Assembly (NCBI GenBank): GCA_945861615.1
Contig: CAMAVH010000001.1
Span: 15,585 to 79,584 of the forward strand
Direction: 5' to 3'
Origin: Rhizobium sp. Q54
GTDB lineage: Bacteria; Pseudomonadota; Alphaproteobacteria; SMXQ01
DNA: 64,000 nt
The notes beneath the pieces are model-generated. The model was not told the DNA's origin, ran no database searches, and worked only from the letters and a program-made list of their open reading frames with translations. The translations under genes and the position numbers were made by a program. This document shows, in pieces, positions 17,882 through 28,340 of this stretch (the stretch's first letter is position 1; every line of letters begins with the position of its first letter).

Positions 17882-18421
17882 TCAGGCAGCCAAGGCGGGC
17901 GGCGGCACGAAGCGCAGCTCGCCGGCCGCCAAATCCGCCAGGGACTGGGCGCTGAGCACCGCGTCGGCCTGCCGCAGATAGCGCGCCAGGGCGGCCACGG
18001 CCTCCGGCGGCGCCGCCACGTCTTCATAAACGTTGCGCGCCAGGGCCTCTTCCAGGCGGCCCGCCGGACCGGTCAGACCGTCCTCATAGGCCGCGACCCG
18101 GCCATAGAAGGATTTGGCCAGCTTCTTGATCCGTTTGCCGACGGCCAGATCGCCAGTGCCGAGTTCGCGCAGATTGCGGTCCATGTCGGCGAACATCAAA
18201 TCGAACAGATCTTGGGCCAGCGCGCCGGCCGCCCCACCCGTCTTGAGCCGGCGCATGACCAGGAAAGCATGCAGCGCGATCATCTCGAAACGTCCCTGCA
18301 CGCTGTCCGGCACGGCGCAAACCGTATAGAAGCCCGGCAAGCGCGCCTGGGCGACCAGCCGGCCATAGAGGGCAGCAGCCGGATCGGCGCGGAACTGGCG
18401 AAAGAGGCGATTGAAGATCAT
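17882..18421 (-). CDS. Ubiquinol-cytochrome c chaperone (Cbp3-like) family protein
   Basis: MIFNRLFRQFRADPAAALYGRLVAQARLPGFYT…FEMIALHAFLVMRRL…DLFDLMFADMDRNLRELG, a typical Ubiq_cyt_C_chap domain. Start taken at the internal ATG 18421. Confidence 0.7.
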   Translation of the reverse strand: MIFNRLFRQFRADPAAALYGRLVAQARLPGFYTVCAVPDSVQGRFEMIALHAFLVMRRLKTGGAAGALAQDLFDLMFADMDRNLRELGTGDLAVGKRIKKLAKSFYGRVAAYEDGLTGPAGRLEEALARNVYEDVAAPPEAVAALARYLRQADAVLSAQSLADLAAGELRFVPPPALAA

Positions 18422-18566
18422 GATGCGCGCGTGGCCTATAACTATGGGAACAAAGCGTGATTGACAGCCGGCCAAGGCCGGTGCGACTGTCCGCCCGTGG
18501 CGCGCAACATGGAGATTTTCCTGCCGCCCGTCAACCGCCAGAGACTGAAGCGGTTAGTGAGGTTAA

Positions 18567-19055
18567 ATGACCAAGACCTTGAAAAATATTCTTCTTTCTA
18601 CGGCTATGGCATCGCTTTTGGCAACTGCTGCCTGCCAGAGCGATATCGCCGCCCGGGGCAATATCCCTAAGCCGGAGAAGCTTGCGGAGATTCAGCCGGG
18701 GGCCACGCGCGATGAAGTCTTGCAAGCGATCGGCTCGCCGAGCTCGGTCGGCACCTTCGACAACAAGACCTGGTACTACGTCGGCCAGATGACCGAAGAC
18801 TACGCGTTCTACGCCACCAAGGTTATCGACCGTAAAGTCGTCGCCATCACCTTCGACGACAATGGCCGCGTCGCCGAGATCAAGAATCTGGGCAAGGACG
18901 ACAGCCAGGACGTGCAGATGGTCTCGCGCACGACGCCTTCGGTCGGCCGTGACATCAGCATCTGGAACCAGCTGTTCAGCAACCTCGGCCGCGGCGCCGC
19001 CATTCCCGGCGCGACCAGCGGCAGCGGCAGCACGGGCAGCGACAGCGGGCTGTAA
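18567..19055 (+). CDS. bamE: Outer-membrane protein assembly factor BamE (SmpA/OmlA lipoprotein)
   Basis: Lipoprotein signal peptide with lipobox LLATAAC, a BamE core (GATRDEVLQAIGSPSSVGTFDNKTWYYV) and a Gly/Ser-rich tail. Confidence 0.85.
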   Translation: MTKTLKNILLSTAMASLLATAACQSDIAARGNIPKPEKLAEIQPGATRDEVLQAIGSPSSVGTFDNKTWYYVGQMTEDYAFYATKVIDRKVVAITFDDNGRVAEIKNLGKDDSQDVQMVSRTTPSVGRDISIWNQLFSNLGRGAAIPGATSGSGSTGSDSGL

Positions 19056-19084
19056 CGGCCGCGCCTCCGCTCTCCCCGCCCACA

Positions 19085-19125
19085 GAAACAAAAAGAGCCG
19101 CGCGATCGCATCGCGCGGCTCTTTC
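19085..19125. terminator. Bidirectional rho-independent terminator between the convergent bamE and hppA genes
   Basis: AAAAAGAGCCGCGCGAT-cgc-ATCGCGCGGCTCTTTCCGTTT: a 14-bp stem flanked by an A-run and a T-run. Confidence 0.6.
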
Positions 19126-19145
19126 CGTTTGGACGACGCGGATCG

Positions 19146-21218
19146 TTACGCGGCGAGCGCGAGCAGCAGCAGCGCCACGATGTTGACGATCTTGATCATC
19201 GGGTTGATGGCCGGACCGGCGGTGTCCTTGTACGGATCGCCGACCGTGTCGCCGGTCACCGCGGCCTTATGGGCTTCCGAGCCCTTGCCGCCGAAGTGGC
19301 CGTCTTCGATGTACTTCTTGGCATTGTCCCACGCGCCGCCGCCCGAGGTCATCGAGATGGCGAGGAACAGGCCGGTGACGATCACGCCGAGCAGCATCGC
19401 GCCGAGCGAGGTGAAAGCCGCCGACTGACCCGCGATCAGCATGATCACGAAGTACAGGACGATGGGCGCCAGGATCGGCAGCAGCGACGGGACGATCATC
19501 TCGCGGATCGCCGCCTTCGTCAGCATGTCGACGGCCTTGCCGTATTCCGGCTTGCCGGTGCCTTCCATGATGCCCGGGATTTCCTTGAACTGACGGCGCA
19601 CTTCGACGACGACCGAGCCGGCGGCCCGGCCGACGGCGCGCATGCCCATCGAGCCAAAGAGATAAGGCAGCATGCCGCCGAACAGCAGACCGATCACCAC
19701 GAACGGATCCTGCAGACGGAAAGTCACCTGCAGGTTCGGGAAGTAGTGGGTCAGGTCTTCGGTGTAGGCGGCGAACAGCACCACGGCGGCCAGCGCGGCC
19801 GAGCCGATGGCGTAGCCCTTGGTCACGGCCTTGGTGGTGTTGCCGACGGCGTCGAGCGCGTCGGTCACCTTGCGGACTTCCGGCGGGAGCTGCGCCATTT
19901 CGGCGATGCCGCCGGCGTTGTCCGTCACCGGGCCGTAAGCGTCGAGCGCCACGACCATGCCGGCGAGCGCCAGCATGGCGGTCGCGGCGATGGCGACGCC
20001 GAACAGGCCGGCCACCAGGTAGGAGCCGAGGATGCCGCCGCAGATGACGATCGCCGGCAGCGCCGTCGATTCCATCGAGACCGCGAGGCCCTGGATGATG
20101 TTGGTGCCATGGCCGGTCTCCGCCGCCTTGGCGACGCTGACGACCGGGCCGCGGCCGGTGCCGGTGTAGTATTCGGTGATCCACACCAGCAGGCCGGTGA
20201 CGACCAGGCCGATGAGGACGGCATAGACGAGGTGCAGGCCGGTGAAGACCTTGCCGGCGACGGTGAACTGCGTGCCGAAGCCGATCCAGTAGTAGATCGC
20301 CGCCGCCACCAGGATGGCCGAGATCACCGCGCTGGCGACGAAGCCTTTATAAAGCGCGTTCATGATGTTGTTGGTCGAGCCGAGGCGCACGAAGAAGGTG
20401 CCGGCGATCGAGCCGACAATGCCGAGACCGGCGATCACCAGCGGCAGCATCATCATGGTTGTCTGCGTCGCGCCGGTGAAGAAGATGGCGCCGAGCAGCA
20501 TCGTCGCGACGATGGTGACCGCATAGGTTTCGAACAGGTCGGCGGCCATGCCGGCGCAGTCGCCGACGTTGTCGCCGACGTTATCGGCGATCACGGCCGG
20601 GTTGCGCGGATCGTCTTCCGGGATGCCGGCTTCGACCTTGCCGACCAGATCGGCGCCGACGTCGGCGCCCTTGGTGAAGATGCCGCCGCCGAGACGGGCG
20701 AAGATCGAGATCAGCGAGGCACCGAAGCTGAGAGCCACGAGCGCTTCCAGAATCGTGCGGATTTCGAGACCCATGCGCTGCAGCACGAAGTAATAGCCGG
20801 TGACGCCCAGAAGACCGAGGCCGACGACCAGCATGCCGGTGATGGCGCCGGCCTTGAAGGCCAGAGCAAGCGCCGGTTTCATGCCGCTACGCGCCGCTTC
20901 CGCCGTGCGATGGTTGCTGCGCACAGAGATGTTCATGCCGATGTAGCCGGCAGCGCCCGACAGCACGGCGCCGATGACGAAGCCGATGGCCACGGTCAGA
21001 CCGAGTTGCCAAAGCAGCAAGACGGCGATGACGATTCCGACGATGCCGATGGCACGATACTGACGGTTCAGATAGGCGGCGGCGCCTTCCTGCACGGCGG
21101 CCGAAATTTCACGCATCCGGTCGTTGCCGGTCGGCGCCGCGAGCACGGAGCGGCTGGCGAAGATGCCGTACAGCACGGCGAGAACGCCGCAAGCAAGCAC
21201 CACCCAATAAGCAGTCAT
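19146..21218 (-). CDS. hppA: K(+)-insensitive pyrophosphate-energized proton pump (membrane H+-PPase)
   Basis: About 690 aa and highly hydrophobic, with H+-PPase signatures ([36 protein letters not shown], …[17 protein letters not shown]). Start at the internal ATG 21218 (MTAYWVV…). Confidence 0.95.
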   Translation of the reverse strand: MTAYWVVLACGVLAVLYGIFASRSVLAAPTGNDRMREISAAVQEGAAAYLNRQYRAIGIVGIVIAVLLLWQLGLTVAIGFVIGAVLSGAAGYIGMNISVRSNHRTAEAARSGMKPALALAFKAGAITGMLVVGLGLLGVTGYYFVLQRMGLEIRTILEALVALSFGASLISIFARLGGGIFTKGADVGADLVGKVEAGIPEDDPRNPAVIADNVGDNVGDCAGMAADLFETYAVTIVATMLLGAIFFTGATQTTMMMLPLVIAGLGIVGSIAGTFFVRLGSTNNIMNALYKGFVASAVISAILVAAAIYYWIGFGTQFTVAGKVFTGLHLVYAVLIGLVVTGLLVWITEYYTGTGRGPVVSVAKAAETGHGTNIIQGLAVSMESTALPAIVICGGILGSYLVAGLFGVAIAATAMLALAGMVVALDAYGPVTDNAGGIAEMAQLPPEVRKVTDALDAVGNTTKAVTKGYAIGSAALAAVVLFAAYTEDLTHYFPNLQVTFRLQDPFVVIGLLFGGMLPYLFGSMGMRAVGRAAGSVVVEVRRQFKEIPGIMEGTGKPEYGKAVDMLTKAAIREMIVPSLLPILAPIVLYFVIMLIAGQSAAFTSLGAMLLGVIVTGLFLAISMTSGGGAWDNAKKYIEDGHFGGKGSEAHKAAVTGDTVGDPYKDTAGPAINPMIKIVNIVALLLLALAA

Positions 21219-21462
21219 GACTCTGATGTCCCCTTGAGATTGATCCCTGTCGAACGCCGGATCGGGCGTTCGGGCCGGCAGGGCGGTTTTGATCTTAAGC
21301 GCGCCGTACCACCGGTTTCCCTTCTCGAAACGGGCGAAACCAGCGCTTACCCGCTCCAAAAAGACGGCGGAACATGACAGAACTGGCCCTCTAGCGCAAC
21401 TGGCAAGGCTTGCGGGAGGCGCCACCCCGCCCGCCTGTAAAGGTTAGGAAGTCCCTTTAATG

Positions 21463-22698
21463 TCAGGGAGTTGGCCTGAGACGAAGCCACAGGACGGCGG
21501 CCAGGGCGGCGAGCACCAGGGGGGCTACGACGAGGTTCACGAAAATCCAGCCGAGCTCGTGCTGGACTGCCCCTGACGCGAGCGAGGCCAGCGCCACGGC
21601 CGTGAAAATGACGAACTCGTTGAGCCCCTGGACCTTGGCTTTCTCGGCGGCATCGTGCGTCGTGGTCAGCAAGGTAGTGGCGCCGATGAACATGAAATTC
21701 CAGCCCACGCCGAGCAGCACCAGCGAGGTGACGTAATGGCCGAACTCCGTGCCGCTCAGGTTGATGCCGACGCAGGCCAAAATCAGCAGCGCGCCGGCCA
21801 TGATGACGCCATGGACGCCGAAGCGGGCGATGAGATGGCCGGTGAAGAAGCTCGGCGCGAACATGGCGAAGACATGCCATTGGATGACGGTCGCCGCATG
21901 GTCGAACGGATGATGGTGGCCGACCATGGCAAGCGGCGTCGCCGTCATCACCAGGTTCATCGACGCGTAGCCGGCGACGGCGGCGAACATGGCGACGAGA
22001 AAGGCCGGTCGGCGCAGGATGGTCGCCCAGGGCGCGCCGCTCGCCGCGCGCTCCGCCGTGGTCGGGCGCGGGATGTCGATCATCGTCAGCAGCAGCAAGG
22101 CGACGAGATGCACGACGGCCAGCGCCGCGAAGCTGCCGGCATAGACCGGACCCGAAATCGCGTCGGCGCCGAATCTGGCAAGGTTCGGCCCGATGAAGGA
22201 GGCGACCACGCCGCCGGCCATGACCAGGGAAATCGCCTTGGCGCGAAAGGCCGGATCGGCGGTGTCGGCGGCGGCGAAGCGATAGAACACGGCAAAGCCG
22301 TTCAGGATGCCGAACATCACCCCGCCGATGCAGAACAGCACGAAATTGCCCCACAGCAGAGCCAGCGCGCTGATCACGCCGCCGGCGATACCGATCGCGG
22401 CGCCGAGCGCAAAGCCGGCGCGGCGGCCGAAGCGGCGCATCAGCATGGAGGCCGGGATCGTCGTCGCCATGGTGGCGATGAACTGCAGCGACAACGGCAG
22501 CGTGGCGAGCAGTTGATGCGGCGTCAGCGAGGCGCCGGCGAGCGCGGTCACGGTCAAAACCAGCGACGTGCCGCTCATATAGAGCGCTTGGCAAAGCGCC
22601 AGCAGGAGCACGTTGCGGCGCGCGCGGCGACGCTTCAGCGTTTCGGAATCCGGAAGATCGACGGTGGCGTTCATAGGCGCGGAGAATGCGCCGCCCAC
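21463..22698 (-). CDS. MFS transporter
   Basis: 411 aa with 12 predicted TM helices and an MFS-type loop between TM2 and TM3. Confidence 0.8.
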   Translation of the reverse strand: MGGAFSAPMNATVDLPDSETLKRRRARRNVLLLALCQALYMSGTSLVLTVTALAGASLTPHQLLATLPLSLQFIATMATTIPASMLMRRFGRRAGFALGAAIGIAGGVISALALLWGNFVLFCIGGVMFGILNGFAVFYRFAAADTADPAFRAKAISLVMAGGVVASFIGPNLARFGADAISGPVYAGSFAALAVVHLVALLLLTMIDIPRPTTAERAASGAPWATILRRPAFLVAMFAAVAGYASMNLVMTATPLAMVGHHHPFDHAATVIQWHVFAMFAPSFFTGHLIARFGVHGVIMAGALLILACVGINLSGTEFGHYVTSLVLLGVGWNFMFIGATTLLTTTHDAAEKAKVQGLNEFVIFTAVALASLASGAVQHELGWIFVNLVVAPLVLAALAAVLWLRLRPTP

Positions 22699-22725
22699 GC
22701 CGCGCTGGCAACCGCGCTCATGCGA

Positions 22726-23220
22726 TCAATTGAGCGGCCGCTGCGAGATTCCTCTGACCAGGATGTTGTTGATGACGGCCGGGCCGAGCACTTTGTCGCT
22801 GACCCGCGCCAGGCGGATCTTCACCACCTGCTGATCGAACAGCTGGCCATCGGCGCGCTTGATGGCGAGCAGGCCGTATAAGTCGCGCAAAAAAGCGTCG
22901 TACAGCTTATAGCGCCCGGCGATGACCTTATCGCGGTTCTCCTCGCCCTTGGTCTCGACGACGATGGCGATATTCACCTGGTCGGTGACTTCGTTGTCGC
23001 GGATGACGGGAATGCTGAACACCGGCAATGGCAAATGCTGGATCAATTCGCCGCCGAACATGGCGCGGATATTGTCCTGGGCCGACTTCTCTTTTGATTT
23101 TTCGGACTTATCGCCTCCGCCCTCGGCGCGGGCGACGGAGACGAATCCCCCCGCTCCCGCGGCCCAGAGGGCCAACAGGACAAACGCCAAATTCAGTAGC
23201 CGGATGCGCGACTTCGCCAT
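22726..23220 (-). CDS. Hypothetical exported/membrane-anchored protein (weakly FliL-like)
   Basis: 164 aa from the internal ATG 23220. It has an N-terminal hydrophobic segment (LLNLAFVLLALWAAGAGGFVSVA), a lysine-rich linker and a C-terminal domain ending …VINNILVRGISQR. Confidence 0.45.
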   Translation of the reverse strand: MAKSRIRLLNLAFVLLALWAAGAGGFVSVARAEGGGDKSEKSKEKSAQDNIRAMFGGELIQHLPLPVFSIPVIRDNEVTDQVNIAIVVETKGEENRDKVIAGRYKLYDAFLRDLYGLLAIKRADGQLFDQQVVKIRLARVSDKVLGPAVINNILVRGISQRPLN

Positions 23221-23270
23221 GCCGCCAGACTGGCCGGCGGGCGGTAAAGATCGCGTTAAGGATGAAGGGT

Positions 23271-23858
23271 CTAGGCGGCGCCGAGGATTCTGCCGGCCGG
23301 CGGCGTCGATAGATGCAGAACCTCGTAGGTCTGCACCGAATCGGCTTGGGCCTTGTTCTTTCCCGCCACCTCGTCGCGCCACAGGCTGAAGCGGACCAAT
23401 TCCCAGCGGTCGGCGTCGAGCGCCACGGCATGCGAATGGAGGCCCGAAAGGCCGCGCAGCTTGTTATGGGCGAGGGCTTCGGTCTTGGCCAATTCCGACA
23501 GGCGGACTTCCGGCTCGATCGCGTCGGACTCGCGCACCGCCAACGTCGGCGTCAGCGTCGGATCGAACACCTCATAGCTCAGCACGGTCCAGGTGCGCAC
23601 GCGCGGGCGGCTGAAGGTGTCGCTGACGTTTTGAAACACGTCGCCGGTCAGGAAGTCGCGGGCGGCATCATGATCGGCCCAAATGTAGAATGGGGCATAG
23701 AGACGGTCTTCCGGGCTGAACAGGTAGGACTTGTGGGCCAGGCCCGGCAGGTTGTCGAACATCGCGTAACGCTGCTGGACGCGGCTGCGGATGTTCTGCA
23801 CGCCATAATCGTCGGCGAGGCGAATCGTGTACTGCATGGCGATCATGGCGGGGGACAC
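23271..23858 (-). CDS. Conserved hypothetical protein (DUF4865-like)
   Basis: 195-aa ORF with coherent composition. The assignment to DUF4865 is from memory only. Confidence 0.45.
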   Translation of the reverse strand: MSPAMIAMQYTIRLADDYGVQNIRSRVQQRYAMFDNLPGLAHKSYLFSPEDRLYAPFYIWADHDAARDFLTGDVFQNVSDTFSRPRVRTWTVLSYEVFDPTLTPTLAVRESDAIEPEVRLSELAKTEALAHNKLRGLSGLHSHAVALDADRWELVRFSLWRDEVAGKNKAQADSVQTYEVLHLSTPPAGRILGAA

Positions 23859-24000
23859 CTTACGCTTGTGACAGCTTCGTTTAGCGAACCTCGGGATTTA
23901 CCACAAATGTTCTCGCCGCATGCCTCCTATGCATGGCTTTTCAATCACTTGGAAAGGTTCATTAAGATTTTGAGGAAATCGGCATAAACTATTGCTCTGA

Positions 24001-25008
24001 TTAGAAATGCCTATAGCCTTTTTGCACGAGCGAAATGACATCCCCCGCCCCGTCGAGGACGCTAACCCCCTGCCCGTGTCCCACGCTGCCGATGGCCGTG
24101 AGCTTGAGCCCCTGGTCGCTGGCCAGTGCGTGCAGCGCCGGTTCGGCGGCCGGCGCAGCGGTGAAAACGATCTCGTAATCGTCCCCGCCGGTCAGCAAGC
24201 GCGCGCCGATACCGGCCATCGCCATGACCGCTTCCGCCGCCGCCGACAGCGGCAGCTTGCCCGCCTGCAACCGAGCGGCCAGCCCCGAAGCGGCGCAGAT
24301 ATGCCCGAGGTCGGCGACCAGTCCGTCCGACACGTCCGCCGCCGCATGGACGCCGGGCACGGCCGCCAGGGCCTGACCGAAGGCGACCCGCGGCTGCGGC
24401 AGCCGGTAGCGCTCGATCAACGCCGCGCGATGCTGCGGCGCCAAGGCGGCAAATTCGCCCTGCTGGACGGCCAGCCCGAGATGGGCATCGCCGATGGTCC
24501 CGGTGACGAAAACCAGATCGCCCGCCTGGGCCCCCGAGCGCAGCAGCGGCGCCCGCCCCATGGGCGCCAGGCCGACGGCGGTCAGCGACAGTGTGAGGGG
24601 CCCCGGCGTGCGCGTCGTGTCGCCGCCGGCGAGCGGAAAGGCATATTCGCTGGCATCGGCCGCCAGCCCCTGGGCGAAGGCGGCGATCCAACCCTCCTCC
24701 GTGCCGCCAGGCAAATAGATCGGCGGCAGGCAGATGGTCATCAGGCAGGCATAGGGCGTCGCGCCCTTGGCGGCGAGGTCGGACAGATTGACCCGCATCA
24801 GCTTGCGGGCGATCAGGTCTGGCGGATCGTCGGCCATGAAATGCACACCGGCGACCATGGCATCTGCGGTGACGACAAGCCGCGACCCGGCGGGCGGGTC
24901 GAAGATGGCCGCGTCGTCCTTGAGGCCGAGCGCGCCGGGAAAGGCCGCGGCGATGGGAGCGAAATAGCGCGCGATCAGGTCGAACTCGCCTGAGGCCGGC
25001 GCGCCCAT
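24001..25008 (-). CDS. thiL: Thiamine-monophosphate kinase
   Basis: GEFDLIARYFAP…DDAAIFDPPAGSRLVVTADAMVAGVHF… is the ThiL/AIR-synthase-related fold. It lies downstream of nusB, as is usual. Confidence 0.9.
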   Translation of the reverse strand: MGAPASGEFDLIARYFAPIAAAFPGALGLKDDAAIFDPPAGSRLVVTADAMVAGVHFMADDPPDLIARKLMRVNLSDLAAKGATPYACLMTICLPPIYLPGGTEEGWIAAFAQGLAADASEYAFPLAGGDTTRTPGPLTLSLTAVGLAPMGRAPLLRSGAQAGDLVFVTGTIGDAHLGLAVQQGEFAALAPQHRAALIERYRLPQPRVAFGQALAAVPGVHAAADVSDGLVADLGHICAASGLAARLQAGKLPLSAAAEAVMAMAGIGARLLTGGDDYEIVFTAAPAAEPALHALASDQGLKLTAIGSVGHGQGVSVLDGAGDVISLVQKGYRHF

Positions 25009-25014
25009 GCGGCC

Positions 25015-25548
25015 TTAGGAGCGCGCGGCGGCGGAGCCCGCCATCTCGCCGTCGCGGAAGCTGCGGGCGATCTTATCGAGCACGCCGTTGACCAGGCCTG
25101 GCTCCTGTCCCGCATAAAAAGCGTGGGCGACGTCGACATATTCGGTGATGACGACGCGCGGCGGGATGTCGGTGCGCTCGGTCAGCTCGAAGGCGCCGGC
25201 TTCCAGGATACGGCGCAGCACCAGCTCGAGACGGCCGACCGTCCAGTCGCCCGACAGCGACGCGCCGACGATCTCGTCGAGCCCTTCGCGCTTGGCCGAA
25301 ACCCCGGTGACCAAGGCGCTGAATAGGGTCTTGTCGAATTCGACGAGCTTTTCATCGAGCCAGTCTTCGCGGCTCGATGAATCGAGAAACTGGGCGACGA
25401 CGGCCGTGCCGGAAATGCCCGTCATGTCCATCTGATACAAGGCTTGCACGGCGGCGAGGCGCGCCGACGAACGGCGCAGCGCGTTGTTTTTCACCCCGCC
25501 CTGCTTAGGGTCAGAAGCCTTGGTCGAAGGTTTCGGGTCGTTCGCCAC
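25015..25548 (-). CDS. nusB: Transcription antitermination factor NusB
   Basis: RRSSARLAAVQALYQMDMTG… is the NusB signature. It lies downstream of ribH. Confidence 0.9.
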   Translation of the reverse strand: MANDPKPSTKASDPKQGGVKNNALRRSSARLAAVQALYQMDMTGISGTAVVAQFLDSSSREDWLDEKLVEFDKTLFSALVTGVSAKREGLDEIVGASLSGDWTVGRLELVLRRILEAGAFELTERTDIPPRVVITEYVDVAHAFYAGQEPGLVNGVLDKIARSFRDGEMAGSAAARS

Positions 25549-25555
25549 GCCGCCC

Positions 25556-26062
25556 TCAGAGAACCGGAAGGCCGAACAGGCGCTTCATCTTGATCATGTC
25601 GAGGCAGGCGCGCGTCACCGTGCCGCCCTTGTCGCCTTCGCTCACGCGACCGCGGGCCCAAGCCTGCGCCTCGTTTTCGACGGTGAGAATGCCGTAGCCG
25701 ATGGCGATATTGTGGCGCAGCGCCAGATCCTGCAGGCCGCGCGCGCTTTCGCCGCAAACGTAATCGTAATGGGTCGTCTCGCCGCGGATGACGCAGCCGA
25801 GCGCGACGTAGCCGTCGAACTTCTTGCGCTGGGGATCGCGCTTCTGCGCCTCGACGGCGAACTGCACCGCTGCCGGGATTTCGAAGGCGCCGGGCACCGA
25901 GAACTTCTCGTAGGTCGCGCCGGCCTTCTGCACGGCGGCGAGCGCGCCCTTCAGCAGCTCGTCGGCGATATCCTCGTAAAAGCGGGCTTCGACGATCATG
26001 ATATGCGGCGCGTCGGACACTCGAATCTCCTCAGTCTGTACGGACGGCGGACCATACGGCAA
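25556..26062 (-). CDS. ribH: 6,7-dimethyl-8-ribityllumazine synthase
   Basis: MIVEARFYEDIADELLKGA…VPGAFEIPAA…GYVALGCVIRGETTHYDYV. Confidence 0.95.
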   Translation of the reverse strand: MPYGPPSVQTEEIRVSDAPHIMIVEARFYEDIADELLKGALAAVQKAGATYEKFSVPGAFEIPAAVQFAVEAQKRDPQRKKFDGYVALGCVIRGETTHYDYVCGESARGLQDLALRHNIAIGYGILTVENEAQAWARGRVSEGDKGGTVTRACLDMIKMKRLFGLPVL

Positions 26063-26121
26063 ACGCCGGCCCCCGCAAAGCGGCGGCTAATGCTTTCTTA
26101 CGGAACGGCTTTTTAGCCGGA

Positions 26122-26730
26122 TTACTCTTTGCCGAGGGCGCGGGCGACGTAACGGGCCAGCATGTCGATCTCGATATTCACCGGATCGCCCGCCTGGGCC
26201 TTGCCGAAGGTGGTCTCCTTCAGCGTGTGCGGAATGATGTTCACGGCGAAGGCCTCGCCCGCCACTTTGTTGACGGTGAGCGACACGCCGTTCAGCGTGA
26301 TCGAGCCCTTGGCCGCGATATAGGACATCAGCTTTGCCGGCGCGCGGAAGGTGAATGCCGTGCTGCCCCACTTGTCTCCCACCGGAACGGCCGAGACGAT
26401 CTCGCCGAGGCCATCGACATGGCCGGACACGATATGGCCGCCGAACTCGTCGCCGACCTTCATGGCGCGCTCAAGATTGATCGCCGTGCCTTCGGTCCAT
26501 TTGGCCAGCGTGGTCAGCGACAGGGTTTCCGGCGAGGCCTCGACGGCGAACCAATGCTGGCCCGCATCCGTCCCCTTCTCGATCACCGTCAGGCAGACGC
26601 CCGAGCAGGCGATCGACGCGCCGAGCGCGATGCCGGCCGGATCGTAGGCCGTGTTGATGTCGAGGCGGACGTCGGTGCCCGGCGTGACGCGGCGCACTTG
26701 GCCGATATCTGAGATGATTCCCGTGAACAT
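26122..26730 (-). CDS. ribE: Riboflavin synthase (alpha chain)
   Basis: MFTGIISDIGQV… with the duplicated lumazine-binding half-domains (…NGVSLTV…). Confidence 0.9.
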   Translation of the reverse strand: MFTGIISDIGQVRRVTPGTDVRLDINTAYDPAGIALGASIACSGVCLTVIEKGTDAGQHWFAVEASPETLSLTTLAKWTEGTAINLERAMKVGDEFGGHIVSGHVDGLGEIVSAVPVGDKWGSTAFTFRAPAKLMSYIAAKGSITLNGVSLTVNKVAGEAFAVNIIPHTLKETTFGKAQAGDPVNIEIDMLARYVARALGKE

Positions 26731-26739
26731 GATCTTAAG

Positions 26740-27837
26740 TTAGTGCGCCCGGCTGTAGTATTCCACCAGATCGTCACCGACCTGACGAACTTCGCTGCGT
26801 TTGTAGCGGTGCATGTCGGCGAGCTTCTCGACGCCATAGGCCTGCGTCGCCTGTTTCCCGTCGCCGCCCATCAGGCTCGGCGCATGGAACCAGACCAGCC
26901 GGTCGATGAGATCCTCGCGCAGTAAAGCGCCCGCCAGCTTCGCGCCGCCCTCGGCCAGTAAGGTCGTCAGGCCACGCTCAGACAGCGCTTCCAGCATGGG
27001 CAACAGCAGCGGCTTATGCTCGGCATCGCCGGCGACCTCGATCACTTCGCAACCGACATCCTCGAAGGCCTTGCGGCGCTCGGGGTCGACGCCGGCGGTG
27101 ACGACCATCCAGGTCGGCGTCTCTCGCGCCGTCGCCACCAGCTTGCAGGTGAGCGGCGAGCGCAAGCGGCTGTCGGCGACGATACGGACCGGCGAGCGGT
27201 TTTCAAGGCCGGCGATGCGGCAGGTCAGCATCGGATCGTCGGCCAGCAAGGTGCGGAAGCCGACAATGATGCCGTCGTTGGTCGCGCGCAGCATATGGCC
27301 GACCTGGCGCGCCGGCTCGCCGGTGATCCATTGGCTCTCGCCGGTCTTGGTGGCGATGCGGCCGTCGAGCGTGGTGGCGAGCTTGAGCGTGATCAACGGG
27401 CGGCCGCGACGAATTTTGCTGAAGAAGCCGGCATTCAATCCCTCGGCTTCGGCCTGCAGCACGCCCACCGTCACGTCGATGCCTGCATCCTTGAGCATCT
27501 TGATGCCGGCGCCGTTGACGCGCGGATCGGGATCGCCGCAGGCGACGACGACGCGCTTCACCCCCGCCGCAATCAGCGAAGCCGCGCAGGGCGGCGTTTG
27601 GCCGTGGTGGCTGCAGGGCTCGAGGGTGACATAAGCGGTGCCGCCTTTGGCGCGGCTGCCGGCGCGGGCGAGCGCCTCGGTTTCCGCATGGGGGCGGCCG
27701 CCGCGCTGGGTCCAGCCGCGGCCCGCGACCAGGCCTTGCGCATCGAGAATGATGCAGCCGACTGCCGGGTTGGGCCAAACAATGCCGAGGCCCCGCCGCG
27801 CCAGGGTCAGCGCGGCCTTCATCCAATCTTGATCCAT
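26740..27837 (-). CDS. ribD: Bifunctional diaminohydroxyphosphoribosylaminopyrimidine deaminase / 5-amino-6-(5-phosphoribosylamino)uracil reductase
   Basis: Deaminase zinc motifs HAETEAL…PCSHHGQTPPC and a C-terminal reductase domain. Start at the internal ATG 27837 (MDQDWMKAALTLARRG). Confidence 0.9.
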   Translation of the reverse strand: MDQDWMKAALTLARRGLGIVWPNPAVGCIILDAQGLVAGRGWTQRGGRPHAETEALARAGSRAKGGTAYVTLEPCSHHGQTPPCAASLIAAGVKRVVVACGDPDPRVNGAGIKMLKDAGIDVTVGVLQAEAEGLNAGFFSKIRRGRPLITLKLATTLDGRIATKTGESQWITGEPARQVGHMLRATNDGIIVGFRTLLADDPMLTCRIAGLENRSPVRIVADSRLRSPLTCKLVATARETPTWMVVTAGVDPERRKAFEDVGCEVIEVAGDAEHKPLLLPMLEALSERGLTTLLAEGGAKLAGALLREDLIDRLVWFHAPSLMGGDGKQATQAYGVEKLADMHRYKRSEVRQVGDDLVEYYSRAH

Positions 27838-27844
27838 AGCCGTG

Positions 27845-28312
27845 TTACTCGCGATCGAGAGGCCCGCCGCCGAGCTTGCCGAGGAAATCCTCGAAATCCT
27901 TGGCCTCGCGGAAATTGCGATAAACCGAGGCGAAGCGGACATAAGCGACCTTGTCGAGATTCGCCAAGGCGTCCATCACCAATTCGCCGATCACGGTCGA
28001 GGGAATTTCGCTCTCGCCCGAGCTTTCCAGGCGGCGCTGGATCGAATTGACGATGCGCTCGACTTGCTCGTCGTCGATCGGGCGCTTGCGCACGGCGATG
28101 CGGATCGAGCGCGCCAGCTTGTCGCGGTCGAACGGCGCCCGTTGGCCGCCCTTCTTGATCACGGTCAATTCGCGCAGGTAGACGCGCTCGAAGGTCGTCC
28201 AGCGCGAGCCGCAAGCCGGGCAGAAGCGACGGCGGCGGATCGCCGCGTTGTCTTCGGTCGGTCGCGAGTCCTTCACCTGTGTGTCGTCATGACCGCAGAA
28301 CGGGCAACGCAT
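27845..28312 (-). CDS. nrdR: Transcriptional repressor NrdR
   Basis: [18 protein letters not shown]…[17 protein letters not shown]: zinc ribbon plus ATP-cone. Confidence 0.95.
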   Translation of the reverse strand: MRCPFCGHDDTQVKDSRPTEDNAAIRRRRFCPACGSRWTTFERVYLRELTVIKKGGQRAPFDRDKLARSIRIAVRKRPIDDEQVERIVNSIQRRLESSGESEIPSTVIGELVMDALANLDKVAYVRFASVYRNFREAKDFEDFLGKLGGGPLDRE

Positions 28313-28340
28313 CGTCTATCTCCCCCACACGCAGCGCGCG

